In this document: in pieces, positions 22,701 through 33,399 of the stretch
How the letters are laid out: the number at the start of each line of letters is the position of its first letter
Position numbering within the stretch: the stretch's first letter is position 1
Assembly (NCBI GenBank): GCA_002104905.1
Contig: MCFE01000790.1
Span: 1 to 36,132, forward strand
Length of the DNA: 36,132 nucleotides
Reading direction: 5' to 3'
DNA from: Basidiobolus meristosporus CBS 931.73
Lineage: Eukaryota; Fungi; Basidiobolomycota
The notes under the pieces: generated by a model
What the model saw: only the letters and a program-made list of their open reading frames with translations
What the model was told of the DNA's origin: nothing
Database searches by the model: none
Position numbers and translations under genes: made by a program

Positions 22701-22968
22701 AGTATCTCAGAGTGCAGAAAAGATGAAGCAGAGATTTGATAAGACTACAGCACCAGTAGCATTGACAGTTGGGAACTTTGTATTGCTAAGAAACAACATT
22801 TGGAAGAAGTTTGAGCCACAATGGACAGGACCATTCAATATCATCAGAGAATGTCTATTTGCAACTTACCAACTAGTGGACAAGCAAGGCAATATCTGGT
22901 AAGACTTAGTGCATAGGGACAAACTCAAGCTTGCAAGACTTGCTGATAATACTGAACCATTCAGGTAA
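19800..22968 (+). pseudogene. Gyp1 pol (PR, RT, RNase H, IN) with stops and frameshifts
   Basis: PR IMIGSGA (DSG decayed); RT KKDGTLRMCVDYRALN, YLDDIMIYS; RH ADASDYAIG, EKEMLAI; IN HNGYGHLG...CPNC, GIDFIG, SNRGANF. No chromodomain recognised before the PPT. Confidence 0.92.
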
Positions 22969-23011
22969 TGGTATCACAAGAAAAGAGATTCAGGAGAACC
23001 CTCTCAACTTT

Positions 23012-23023
23012 GGCAGGGGAGAA
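23012..23023 (+). other. PPT of Gyp1
   Basis: GGCAGGGGAGAA immediately before the 3' LTR. Confidence 0.8.
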
Positions 23024-23392
23024 TGTTATGATCTGCCGCTTGAATGTTTAAGTTAGATCAGTTTTCAGTCAAATCAATTAGCTATATGCTTAGGTTATCA
23101 GTATATCAGTGTTATCTATTATATCAGTAACATTAGTCAGCAAATGAATCAGCAGATCCTTATAGGACAGAAATAGATATATTAAATAGGATCTTATTGG
23201 GTGATGATGATGCAATCAAATGAGTCATCAGCCACAGCCTACATTAGGAAATACAATTAGTCAGCAATTGATCTGGCAAAATTTATATAAGGAGCTGCTG
23301 AAACCTTAATAAAGATCAGTTCAAGTTTTAGTGAATACAATACTAGCTAAACTCCCTATTTCTCAACAACTCATATACAAAGACTTGTAACA
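23024..23392 (+). repeat. 3' LTR of Gyp1
   Basis: TGTTATGATCTG...GTAACA, followed by TSD TATG. Confidence 0.95.
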
Positions 23393-24009
23393 TATGAAGG
23401 CAAAATTCAAAAGCTTATTAAGAGCAGGGATGTTGTATCTGAGGAGAACTCAGATCTAAAAGCTACTGAAGTCATTGGCCAGCTGCCTAATGATGCAATC
23501 AACACTAATGTGGAAGAGACATACCAAATTCAGCCAGATACATAAGATAATTCTACATGTTCCAGATCAGTGCCAATTAGCCCAGTTATGAGATCTACCA
23601 GAATAAGAAGCACCCTTGGATACTGGTGGCAGACATCAAATGATTATGATGAAGCTTATCTTACTTTTTGTACCAAACCTCAAAATGTGGAAAAGGCAAT
23701 GCAAAGTCCAGATGCTACTATATGGCAACAAGCCCTGCCGGAGGTATACCAGTTACTGATCAGAGTAGAAATGTGAAATATGGTGGATTACCAAATGGGA
23801 GAAAGCCAATAGGATGTTTATGGGTCTACAAGTTCAAGATAACCTCAAATGGCACTATTTATAAGTACAAGGCTAGATTGGAGGCTCAAAGCAATTCTCA
23901 CATCCAGGGACTATACTCCAAGGAAACATTTGCTCTGGTTGCCAACTTTAGCTGCATTAGAGTAGTTCTAGCCCTGGCAGCTGGACACAGTCTGGATATA
24001 CAGCACATG

Positions 24010-25457
24010 GAGCAGATCAAGTGCATTATGCCAGGCCTTGAGTTTTTAATGGTCCCATGGTATGCTGGTCTGAAAATGATGCAGTGTGGAACTTCTAAAA
24101 GCCTCTAGCAGTATTAGCCCACTATACATAAATGCACTCAATGGCTACACAGATCTTTACAATCTTTCAGCTTTTAGTTTGCATATGAATATCTCTGTCT
24201 CTCCAGCCCATGCAGTGATAGGTTTTTATGTTGGCACTTTTGTTGTGCTTCAATGTCTGTAAAGTGTTCCTCTGTTTTTACATTAGGAAATGGCTCAATT
24301 CTTAGCAGCAACTTTGAGCAACATGAGTTCCTTTGTTGCAGCCTAGATACTGCATTATACCTGGGATATTGATTGCTCCACATGGGTTATACTTGCATCC
24401 TGTCTCTGTATGATTTCTTGACTTTTCTGGACTGTACCAACCATCCTGTTATCCACTGCATTTAATTGCTTTGTCAAAGCTCTATATGAGCTGGTATCAC
24501 ACTTGGCAATATCAGTGGTGGAGATGCTATGACTGTTTTTTACCTGTCTTCCACAAGGGATATTGTGTTTGCTATATCCTCATCTGCCTGAGCATTACTA
24601 TCATCTTGCTGCTCTATAGATATTTTCAATGCCTACTTGACAGAGAGCCTGAGGAGTCTGCATTACTAGCTTCAGTGGGCACACCGTTAACATGGCCTTT
24701 TTACCCTATTAACCACTGATATTAGTTGCCTCATGAAAACTTTGCATCAAGCTGACAACATACTTGCTAACTCTGGTAGTGGTGATGCCATGACACTCAT
24801 TTGCTGGTCTTCCACCAGAGATACAGCTTTGCTTCAACTACATCTACCTAAGCACTGTGGTTGGCTTGTGGTTTAGCAGATATTATCAGTTGCCTATGTT
24901 GCAATTTAAGAAGTGATCTGGATATATAGAACTTATCAAGAAATAGTGATAATAGTTGAGCAGTTGCTTATTCTTAAAGGAGCTCAGTATTTATACCTTT
25001 GCAGAAGTAAAAAGCTGTAACACTAAGTAAGGAGAGCTTCTCAACACTCAGGAGCATTCCAATATAGTTTGAGGGTTAGTACATAATGTTTGGTAAAAGT
25101 GCTAATTTGATTTTGACCATAGGTAAATGATCAAAATATCATAGATCTGAAGAAGGTGTCAAAGCAGTGGCTGTAAGTTAGTCCTACAGTGACCAAGACA
25201 GGTCCAGAATTGCTAAGTAAATTTAGTTGCTGAATAATAGCAAATAGTCCAATATTTCACCAGCCTATTTGACTGAGAGCCTGCAGAGTCTGCATAATTA
25301 TCTTCAGTGGGAACACTGTCAACATGGCCTTTTTTGGATGCAGTTCTGCTTATTGCACTGAATGTCAGAGTAAGCTCTTATCCATGTGAGCTTCAGCTGC
25401 TGTAAGCATTACAGTTTGATCGGGAACCATGCAACTTTGCTTAATTTTTTGCAGCAT
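24010..25457 (-). pseudogene. CACTA accessory ORF, copy D (tandem duplication and solo LTR inside)
   Basis: Reverse complement aligns with 3160-3865 and 30960-31310 (RIEPFPNV..EEH..EAQQ.C; HHFQTSIPWDH*KLKAWHNALDLL). Confidence 0.7.
24897..25262 (-). repeat. Solo Cop1 LTR
   Basis: Colinear with the Cop1 LTR; perfect 5-bp TSD GCCTA (24892-24896, 25263-25267). Confidence 0.93.
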
Positions 25458-25674
25458 TTATATGGAGGTGAGTTGGTCCAAATTGGAAGTATTGTTATAT
25501 ATATGTCTTTATGTGGTGCCACAGCTTTATGATACAAAGCTTACTATGGGGATCATACTTGAATCTTACATTCATATAAGTGTAATGTGTCAAATATATG
25601 ACTTCATAAATGAGACAAGTATTAACAGAAAAGTGATATAGTGTTTTGTTGTCAAGTTCACAGATGTCTCTGTT

Positions 25675-27290
25675 ATGGACAAGATTATGTTGATTCAGTG
25701 ACATAAGAGAAGGGAAAGGCAACATGTATATAAGACTTGTTCTGTTAGATAGTACCACATTGAGCCATGAGTGCCAAACAATGCCATAGTGTGCCAGGGA
25801 GGCCAAGTGAGCCTACACTTGGCCACAGAGTGTGCAGCACAGCTCTGCATCTTCATGCAAAGCAGCCCTTGTGTTTCACTCATTGTGATGGAGAAAATCC
25901 ATTTTTTGACCTTTATTTTTAGGTAAATGTTGTACAGGATGTGCAAGTGCACAAAAGGATTGAAGATATACATCTGGTACTCAATACCCATGGCACTTTA
26001 AATCTAGCTCCTGTGGCTTGTCACATGTCACCAAAATGCATGGCACTATCTTGGTCCACTGGTATTATCCGGCACTATAAGTGCTTTGTATTGATCTTAC
26101 TTTAGGGCAAATATTTAAATATAGTGGCAGATAGTACCAGTGGACCAAGATAGTGCCATGCATTTTGGTGACATGTTACAAGCCACAGGAGCTAGATTCA
26201 GAGTGACAAGGGTATTGAGTGCCAGATGCATATCTTCAATCCTTTTGTGCACTTGCACATCCTGTACAACATTTACCTAAAAAAAAAGGTCAAAAATTGG
26301 ATTTTCTCCATCACAATGAGTGAAACACAGGGGCTGCTTTGCACAAAGATGCAGATCTATGTTTCACACTCTGTGGCCAAGTGTAGGCCCACTTGGCCTC
26401 TTGGGCACACTATGGCATCATTTGGCACTCATGGCTTAATGTGGCACTCATGGCTTAATGTGGCACTATCCAATGGAACAAGTCTATATTGTAACAAGCA
26501 TCTCAGCCATCAAGATGCAGAGAGCTTAACAAGTAAAATAAGGATCACTGCCAGTATTTCACCACACAAGTCACATATGAGCATTCATCAGTCAGTGTTG
26601 TACCAATAACATATTGCTGACCACTTAACACTTCTATATTGGCACCCAGCAATACTTTTTACCATGTGCAAACCAACTCTGGTGAGATTGTGAAGCTCTT
26701 TGGCTCATGTCAGCATTCTGCATATGGCCCATTGAGTGATAGCTCTGAAGAGGAGGCTCACTGAAGGGTTTAGAGCCCATAACACCAGACAACAGTACAA
26801 TGCATGAACCTGGCACAATTCCAGCTTGTATCAATCCACAACCATTATGGTATTCACACAAACAAGAGCCAGAGTGCATCTAAAAGGGAGACTAGAATCC
26901 AGCAGGGAGAAGGAATATATTGGCTAAATACCAAGAGGTTCTTTGCAGATACTCAGGAGGTATTTATGGCAAAAGTGGCAGCAACTAAGCATATGTTTGC
27001 AAGATGTATATGTTACCAGAAATAAGTGGTATATGCAACTTTGCAAGTATCACACTTCTCAGCCATAAAGTTGAGGTGATGGAAGTGTCAATTGCAGATG
27101 GTGTATGCATAGTTGGAGGTTAGTAAGCAGGAGGCCATAGTTTCTCTGAGTCAAACTGTATGTGGAACACTCAAAGTAGTAGAAGGGAAGCAAATAAAGA
27201 GGAGAGATTCTACAGTGGAATAAATCAATGGCACAAGGGGAGGTAGAAAAAGAACACAGCATTTGGTATATTGGTATGGTGGCATTATAA
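25675..27290 (+). pseudogene. CACTA-like transposase, copy D (large internal deletion, foldback insertion)
   Basis: 25675-25732 plus 26486-26815 align with the N-terminus of copy A; from ~26835 it aligns with the C-terminus (ETRIQQGEGIYWL). Confidence 0.8.
25733..26485. mobile_element. Foldback/hairpin non-autonomous element 1 (753 bp), Harbinger-like termini
   Basis: Inverted arms 25733-26079 and 26120-26485 around a 40-bp spacer; AGACTTGTTC...GAACAAGTCT termini; 3-bp TSD ATA; host CACTA sequence continuous across it. Confidence 0.92.
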
Positions 27291-27350
27291 AGAACCTGCT
27301 GTAGGCTGCTGTACTGCCATTATAAAGCTGGCAGAGGTTTGCAATGGGAC

Positions 27351-28325
27351 TGTTTTAGGGAGGTCACAGTGACACCCATGTACAGATGGGCCCATTCCCG
27401 TATTTTGCACTTATTGGTTTCTCTACTACCCATATTTTGATTTGTCTAATCTGTCTTGTCTAATCAGCACCATCCCATAAGCTGGCTACCTAGGATACCT
27501 GCTTACTTATTGCATAGATTATCCCTCTCTTGATTTATAAATATTAGATGGAAGAACTTCTATGTTAAGCAAGTACCTACTTCAGGAACAGTGACATACA
27601 ATCAGACCACATCACCATCCCTACCATATTCATTCCATATATGGCATCCCTATGTTACATAGATCTGAGAATACTGATCCCTGATTGGTTGGATGTGCCT
27701 AGCTCCCTAGAGCCTTGCAGCATCTACTTAAAACATTCTTTACCTATTCTGATGTCACTAAGATCACTATTAATCTCTGAAACTGTTTGGAGCACCATGA
27801 TTAGTGATCACTTAGCCATTGAGAAGATTATGTAAGGGAGGCAATCCCTCAATTATGCATCATCATCCCTTTTATCACTATATTAACTTGTGAATTAGTG
27901 TGATTAGTGCTACCTGCTGCAACTTGAACTTCTAGCCCCAGACCACAGGACACACCCAGGAAACCCTGCTGACAGCCAACTGACCTTGGAGGCACTACTT
28001 GTGAGGACTACTCAGTTCAGATATCTATTATTGTATTTGATTCTTTCCCCAAGATTGTTCTTGATCAGAAGAAGATACTATTGTGTCTTTGCACCTATTG
28101 GTCATAGCTGCATTCTTATCAAGTTCCTACTGGTGGAGCTTGCAGTTGATTTGACTTTGGAGGCTTTGGAACATGGTCATCTCAAAGGGTGTTGAACCCA
28201 ACACATGCGTTTCTTAGAGTGCCAACCAAGTTAGGGACTGTAACTCAATAGTTTTCCCCTTACAAGCTTGTGGCTTTATTCTCCTTCACATTAGAGTAGA
28301 GACAGATCCAAGGTATTCCTGAGTG
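27351..28325 (+). repeat. ~1-kb LTR-like repeat (LTR3), copy 1, diverged, 3' end unclear
   Basis: Colinear with 32127-33095 from TGTTTTAGGGAGGTCACAGTGACACCC onward. Confidence 0.75.
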
Positions 28326-28374
28326 CTACTTGCAATGACCTACATTTTGCTCTTAAAAAATTCTGCTTTGATGC

Positions 28375-29323
28375 TGTGGTGGTGTATAAGTCCAAGGGAG
28401 AGATATGTCCAACACTTCTCAAGTGTTTTGTGTATGGGGTGCTCACTGGGTGCAATAACCTCTGGCAAAGTATGTGCTGGGTTCAGCATCCTTTGGGATG
28501 ACAATATACTAAAGCTTCCAAAGTCAAAACAGCTGTAAACTCCACCAGCAGGGACTTGATAAGAATGCAGCTGTGATCAATAGTTACAAAGACAGAAAAG
28601 TATCTTTGCCTGTACAAGAACAAACTTGGGAAAGAATCAAATATAAAAAAGATACCTACTCTGAGTATTCCTCACAAGTAGTGCCTCCAAGGTCAGTTGG
28701 CTGTCAGCGTGGTTTCCTGGAAGTGTCCTGTAGTCTGGGTTGGTAGTTCAGTTAGCAGCAGGTAGCAGTGATCACACTAATCAACAAGTTGGTATACTGA
28801 TAAAAGGGATGGTGATTTATTGTTGAGGGATAGCCTCCCTTATATACTTTTTTGACTGGCTAAGCAATTACTAATCATGGTGTTCCAGAAGGTTCTGGAG
28901 ATCAATAGAAATCTTAATGACATCAGAATGAGCAAAGAGTATTCTAGGTAGGTGCTGGAAGGTTCTATGAGGCACAGCACATCCAACCAATCAGGAATCA
29001 GTATTACAAAACCTGTTTAATGTAGGGATACCATATATGGTATGAAAATGGTCGGGATGGTGACACAAGTTGACCTTGTGTCACAAGTACTGGTGTGGGT
29101 ACTTCCATAGTATAGAGGCACTTACAGCTAGTAATCTTACATAAAGTGAGGGGTAACTTATGCAATAAGGTAAGCAGGTGTGATAGTCAACTGGCTAATG
29201 GGATAGTACTAATCAGGTGAGACAAATGGGAAAAAACCAAAATAAGTGTAGTAGAGATATAGGGAAGTAGAAAATATGGGAATGAGCACATCTCTCAGTG
29301 GGTGTAATTGTGACCCCACTACA
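28375..29323 (-). repeat. LTR3 copy 2 (949 bp, ~120-bp internal deletion)
   Basis: Minus strand reads TGTAGTGGGG...CACCACCACA; highly similar to 32127-33197. Confidence 0.85.
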
Positions 29324-30529
29324 GCACTACCGGACCAAGAAGACCAAAGTGGCTACTGCTATGCCTGCAAATATGAGAGCTTCCTAATCTCTCTCAGTGA
29401 ACAATGGTACTGTTAGATTAAGGAAGAACTTCAAGGGGTTGTGAGGATGCTGAGGAAAGTGAAGTCGCAGCTCTACATGACACATTTCATCCTGGAGACA
29501 GATGCCAAGCTACCTTTAATAATCAGCAATAAACCTGACCCACCTGATGTTGTCACCAACTAATGGATGGCATGGTTGAAGATGTTGGACTCTGGGGTGA
29601 GACATACCGCTGGCATGACAGATATGGTGGCTGATGCACTATTCAGGAAGGAACTACAATTCTTTGAGGACTTGGACCTCCACTTTGATGACACAACTAA
29701 TGTAGAAATCCATCAAACTTCCATAAAAGACCAAGAGACAACTACCTTGAGCCTGATTGTCAAGTATCCAAGGACTCTCAAAAGGCCTAGCTGGATGGAA
29801 CCTCATGAGCTCAGAAAACTCAGAGAAAAGGCACACCACTGTTACCTCAGGGGTGACCTCCTCCTTAAGCAAGTTAAGCCATGACTTACACCAAGAAGAG
29901 TTGCCAGTGCCCCACAAGAACAGCTGAGTATCATCACAAACTTCCACTCAGGAGAGCTATCAGGACATAGAGGACAAGATGCTACCCACAATGCCACTGC
30001 TCATAGATGCTTCTTTCAGAACATGTACTATGATATTCATCTTGCTGTGGGGTCATGTATGGCATGTCAGAAGAGATCCTCTAGGTGATAAGTAGAGCAA
30101 TTGCATCCTACTTACACAATCTGTCTATGGCAAAAGGTTGGTATTGACCTCATTCATATGCCAACAGCTGGATCAAAGAAGTATTTGATTGTTGCTAGAG
30201 AAGACCTTAGTGGGTGAGCAAAGGCTCAAGCCTTGCCCAACAACAAGAGTCATACCATATGAAGATTTATATCTGAAGATATTGTCCACAGACTTGGCTA
30301 TATCTGGGAGCTTGTTGCTGACAGAGGAGAGATGTCATCCCAGATGATTCAAGAATTCTGTTCAAGGTATAGGATGACATTACTTTTACTATAGTTTACC
30401 ACCCTCAAGCCAATGGAATGGTAGAAAGAGATCATGGGCCACTGGTGAATTCTTTAGTCAAGAGTTGTGCAAATAACACTTTACAATGGCCACTTAAAGA
30501 ACAGCTGGACTATTGCCATGTATGGTATT
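29324..30529 (+). pseudogene. Second gypsy lineage pol fragment (RNase H plus integrase)
   Basis: FILETDAK, MVADALFR, HRGQDAT...CMACQKR, VGIDLIH, REDLSG, YHPQANGMVER; multiple stops. Confidence 0.85.
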
Positions 30530-30685
30530 AGACTTGTTCTGTTGGATAGTGACTCATAGCGCCATCCTGCTTATAGGGCAGGATTGATCTGGCACTCTTT
30601 TTTCTACCATAATGCCAGTTATAGGATACATATACTGGTTGTTTTACTCAATCTTACTTATGTTGCTCAGTAGAGTGCTGAATAT
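30530..30685. mobile_element. Terminal fragment of the Harbinger-like element
   Basis: AGACTTGTTCTGTTGGATAGTG...GATTGATCTGGCACTCT...TTTACTCAATCTT aligns with 32094-32126 joined to 33198-33340; preceded by ATT. Confidence 0.7.
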
Positions 30686-30689
30686 GTGC

Positions 30690-32093
30690 TATGCTTTTTC
30701 CTTGATAAATGTTGTATTGGTGCATCTATGTCTGCCTAATTGTCCCTGATTGGCACTCTTTCAGCTACCTGACATCTCTTTGACCCTTGTTTAGGGCTCT
30801 TGGTCCAGCTTGTAATGACTCTTGAGGAAGCTGCTGGATTTTAGCCATGGCACCCTTGTTCTTCTGCCTTTGATAGTTTCTGCTATTCTTAAGATACTTT
30901 CTTAGCATACCAAGGCTGGCCCATAATCTGTTTGCCTCTTTGAATCAATGATAATGCTCATAGAGCAAGTCAAGTGCATTATGATTGGTCTTGAGTTCCT
31001 GATGGTCCCATGGTATGCCAGCCTCAAAGTGATGGCAAGCTAGACTTTAGACAGCCTCCTGAATATTAGGCCACTCTTCACTATTGCACTATATGGCTTC
31101 AAATATCTTCAATGATTTTTTATTCTTAGGCCTTGGTATAAACACCTCATTGTCTGCCTCCCACACTGTGCAGGCTTTTCTATGAGCTTTATCTTTGGGC
31201 ACTGTTGTTGTGCTTCAAAGACTGTACATATTTCTCTGCAGTTATACTGGGAAATGGCTTGATTATTGGCTGTTTACATTGAGCCACTTGAGTTCCTTTT
31301 TTGCAGTAAGGATACTAGACTTGTTTTGCTAGATAGTGCCACATTGAGCCATGAGTGCCAAACAATGCCATAGTGTGCCAGGGAGGCCAAGTGAGCCTAT
31401 ACTTGGCCACAGAGTGTGAAACATAACTCTGCATCTTCATGCAAAGCAGCCCCTGAGTTTCACCCATTGTGCTGGAGAAGATCCATTTTTTGACCTTTTC
31501 TAGTGGATCAATGTTATTTAGAATATGTGAGAGCACAGGACAACTAAAGATATTCATCTGGTACTCAATACCCTTGGCTCTCTAAATCTAGCTCCTGTGG
31601 TGTATATCATGTCCCAAAAATGCATGGCACTATCTTGGTCCACTGGTACTATCTGGCACTATATGCCCTTTATATAGGTTTTACTGTAGGGCTAATATTT
31701 ATTTATAGTACCCAATAGTACCAGTGGACCAAAATAGTGCCATGCATTTTTATGACATGATACAAGCTACAGGAGCTAGATTCAGAGTGCCCTGGGTATT
31801 ATATACCAGATGCATATCTTCCATCTTTTTGTGCTATTACACATAGTGCACAACATTGATCCAAAAAAAAAAGGTCAAAAAATAGATTTTCTTCAGCACA
31901 ATGGGTGAAATACAGGGGCTGCTTTGCATGAAGATGCAGAGCTATGTTTCAAACTTTATGGCCAAGTATAGGCTCACTTGGCCTCCTTGGCACACTATAG
32001 CATCATTTGGCACTCATGGCTCAATGTGGCACTATCCTATGGAACAAGTCTACTGCCTTCTCTACCTGGGATAATGATTGCTCTACACATATT
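30690..32093 (-). pseudogene. CACTA accessory ORF copy including its C-terminal domain; interrupted by foldback 2
   Basis: Translates to EEWPNIQEAV*SLACHHFEAGIPWDHQELKTNHNALDLLYEHYH*FKEANRLWASLGMLRKYLKNSRNY; 31100-31313 and 32052-32093 align with 3600-3860. Confidence 0.7.
31317..32051. mobile_element. Foldback/hairpin non-autonomous element 2 (735 bp)
   Basis: Arms ~31317-31663 and ~31704-32051, 40-bp spacer similar to that of element 1; TSD ACT (31314-31316, 32052-32054); empty site GATACTGC seen at ~24346. Confidence 0.92.
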
Positions 32094-32126
32094 AGACTTG
32101 TTCCAATGGAGAGAGCCAAATAGCAC

Positions 32127-33197
32127 TGTAGTGGGGTGACAGTGACACCCACTGACAGATGTGCTCATTCCCTTATTTTCTACTTCCCTATATCTCTACT
32201 ACACTTAATTCAGTTTTATCCCATTTGTCTTACCCAATCAGTACTATCCCATAAGCCAGTTGACTATCACACCTGCTTACCTTATTGCATAAGTTACCCC
32301 TCACTTTATGTAAGATTACTAGCTATAAGTACTTCTATATTATGCAAGTACCCGCGCCAGTACCCATGACACATGATCAGCCTGTGTCACCATCCCTACC
32401 ATTTCCATACCATATATGGTATCCCCATGTTACACAGGTTTCAAAATACTGATTCCTGATTGGTTGGATGTGCTGTGCCTCTTAGAACCTTCCGGCACCT
32501 ACTTAGAACATTCTTAGGCCATTCTGATGTCATTAAGATTTCTATTGATCTCCGGAACCTTCTGGAACACCATGATTAGTAATCACTTAGCCAGTGAAAA
32601 AAGTATATAAGGGAGGCTATCCCTCAACAATAAATCATCATCCCTTTTATCAATATACCGACTTGTTGATTAGTGTGATCACTGCTACCTGCTGCTACCT
32701 GAACTTCCAACCCCAGACCACAGGACACTCCCAGGAAACCGCACTGACAGCCAACTGACCTTGGAGGCACTACTTGTGAGGAATACTCAGAGTAGGTATC
32801 TTTTACTACATTTGATTCTTTCCCAAGTTTGTTCTTGTACAGGCAAAGATACTTTTCTGTCTTTGTAACTATTGACCACAGCTGCATTCTTATCAAGTCC
32901 CTGCTGGTGGAGTTTACAGTTGTTTTGACTTTGGAAGCTTTAGTACATTGTCATCTCATAGGACGCTGAACCCAGCACATACTTTTGTTAAGACGCCAAC
33001 TAAGTTGGGGATTGTAGCTCAATAGTTTTCCCTTGACAAGCTTGTGGCTTTATTCCCCTTCACATTAGATTAGAGACAGAGCCCAAGTATTCCTAGCAAG
33101 CTTTTGCCAGAGGTTATTGCACCCAGTGAACACCCCACACACAAAACACTTGAGAAGTGTTGGACGTATCTCTCCCTTGGACCTATACACCACCACA
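32127..33197 (+). repeat. LTR3 copy 3, solo LTR (1071 bp)
   Basis: TGTAGTGGGG...CACCACCACA; TATATAAG near 32605; flanks GCAC/GCGC; empty site TAGCGCCA at ~30557. Confidence 0.85.
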
Positions 33198-33399
33198 GCG
33201 CCAGCCTACTTATAGTGCCTGATTGATCTGGCACTCTATGGCAATATCTGGCACTATAATTGCTACCAAAATGCCTGTGGTAGGCTATAGTTGATGGTAA
33301 TTTACTCAATCTTTCTTATATTACTCAGAACAGAGCTTTTCTTGCTTCATTTACACTTCATAATGCTGCAGACACATTTGTCTCAGTGGATGTCTTCTT

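Larger units (their letters stand above)
17505..23392 (+). mobile_element. Ty3/gypsy LTR retrotransposon (Gyp1), degraded
   Basis: LTRs 17505-17873 and 23024-23392; 4-bp TSD TATG (17501-17504, 23393-23396); PBS, PPT; gag-PR-RT-RH-IN order. Confidence 0.95.
15769..24008 (+). mobile_element. Old, internally deleted Cop1 copy, interrupted by Gyp1
   Basis: LTR ~15769-16129, PBS GGTTATGAACC 16130, gag ORF 16267-16896 lacking the zinc knuckle, integrase 16955-17504. Resumes at 23397 (YEGKIQKLIKSRDVV) into RT (KYKARL) and is truncated near 24008. Confidence 0.9.

Noticed and set aside
26424-26461. 19-bp direct repeat GGCACTCATGGCTTAATGT x2 and TGGCAC arrays as a CRISPR-like array
   Set aside because: Only two units, no spacers, eukaryotic TE context; a local slippage duplication.
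25495-26609. Similar ORFs at 25695-25991, 26226-26609, 31315-31557 (SETQGLLCMKMQ)
   Set aside because: Mirror readings of the foldback arms with no protein motif and inconsistent ends.
31316-32052. Foldbacks as Tc1/mariner elements with TA TSD
   Set aside because: The empty site GATACTGC and the ATA/ACT duplications fit a 3-bp TSD, not TA.
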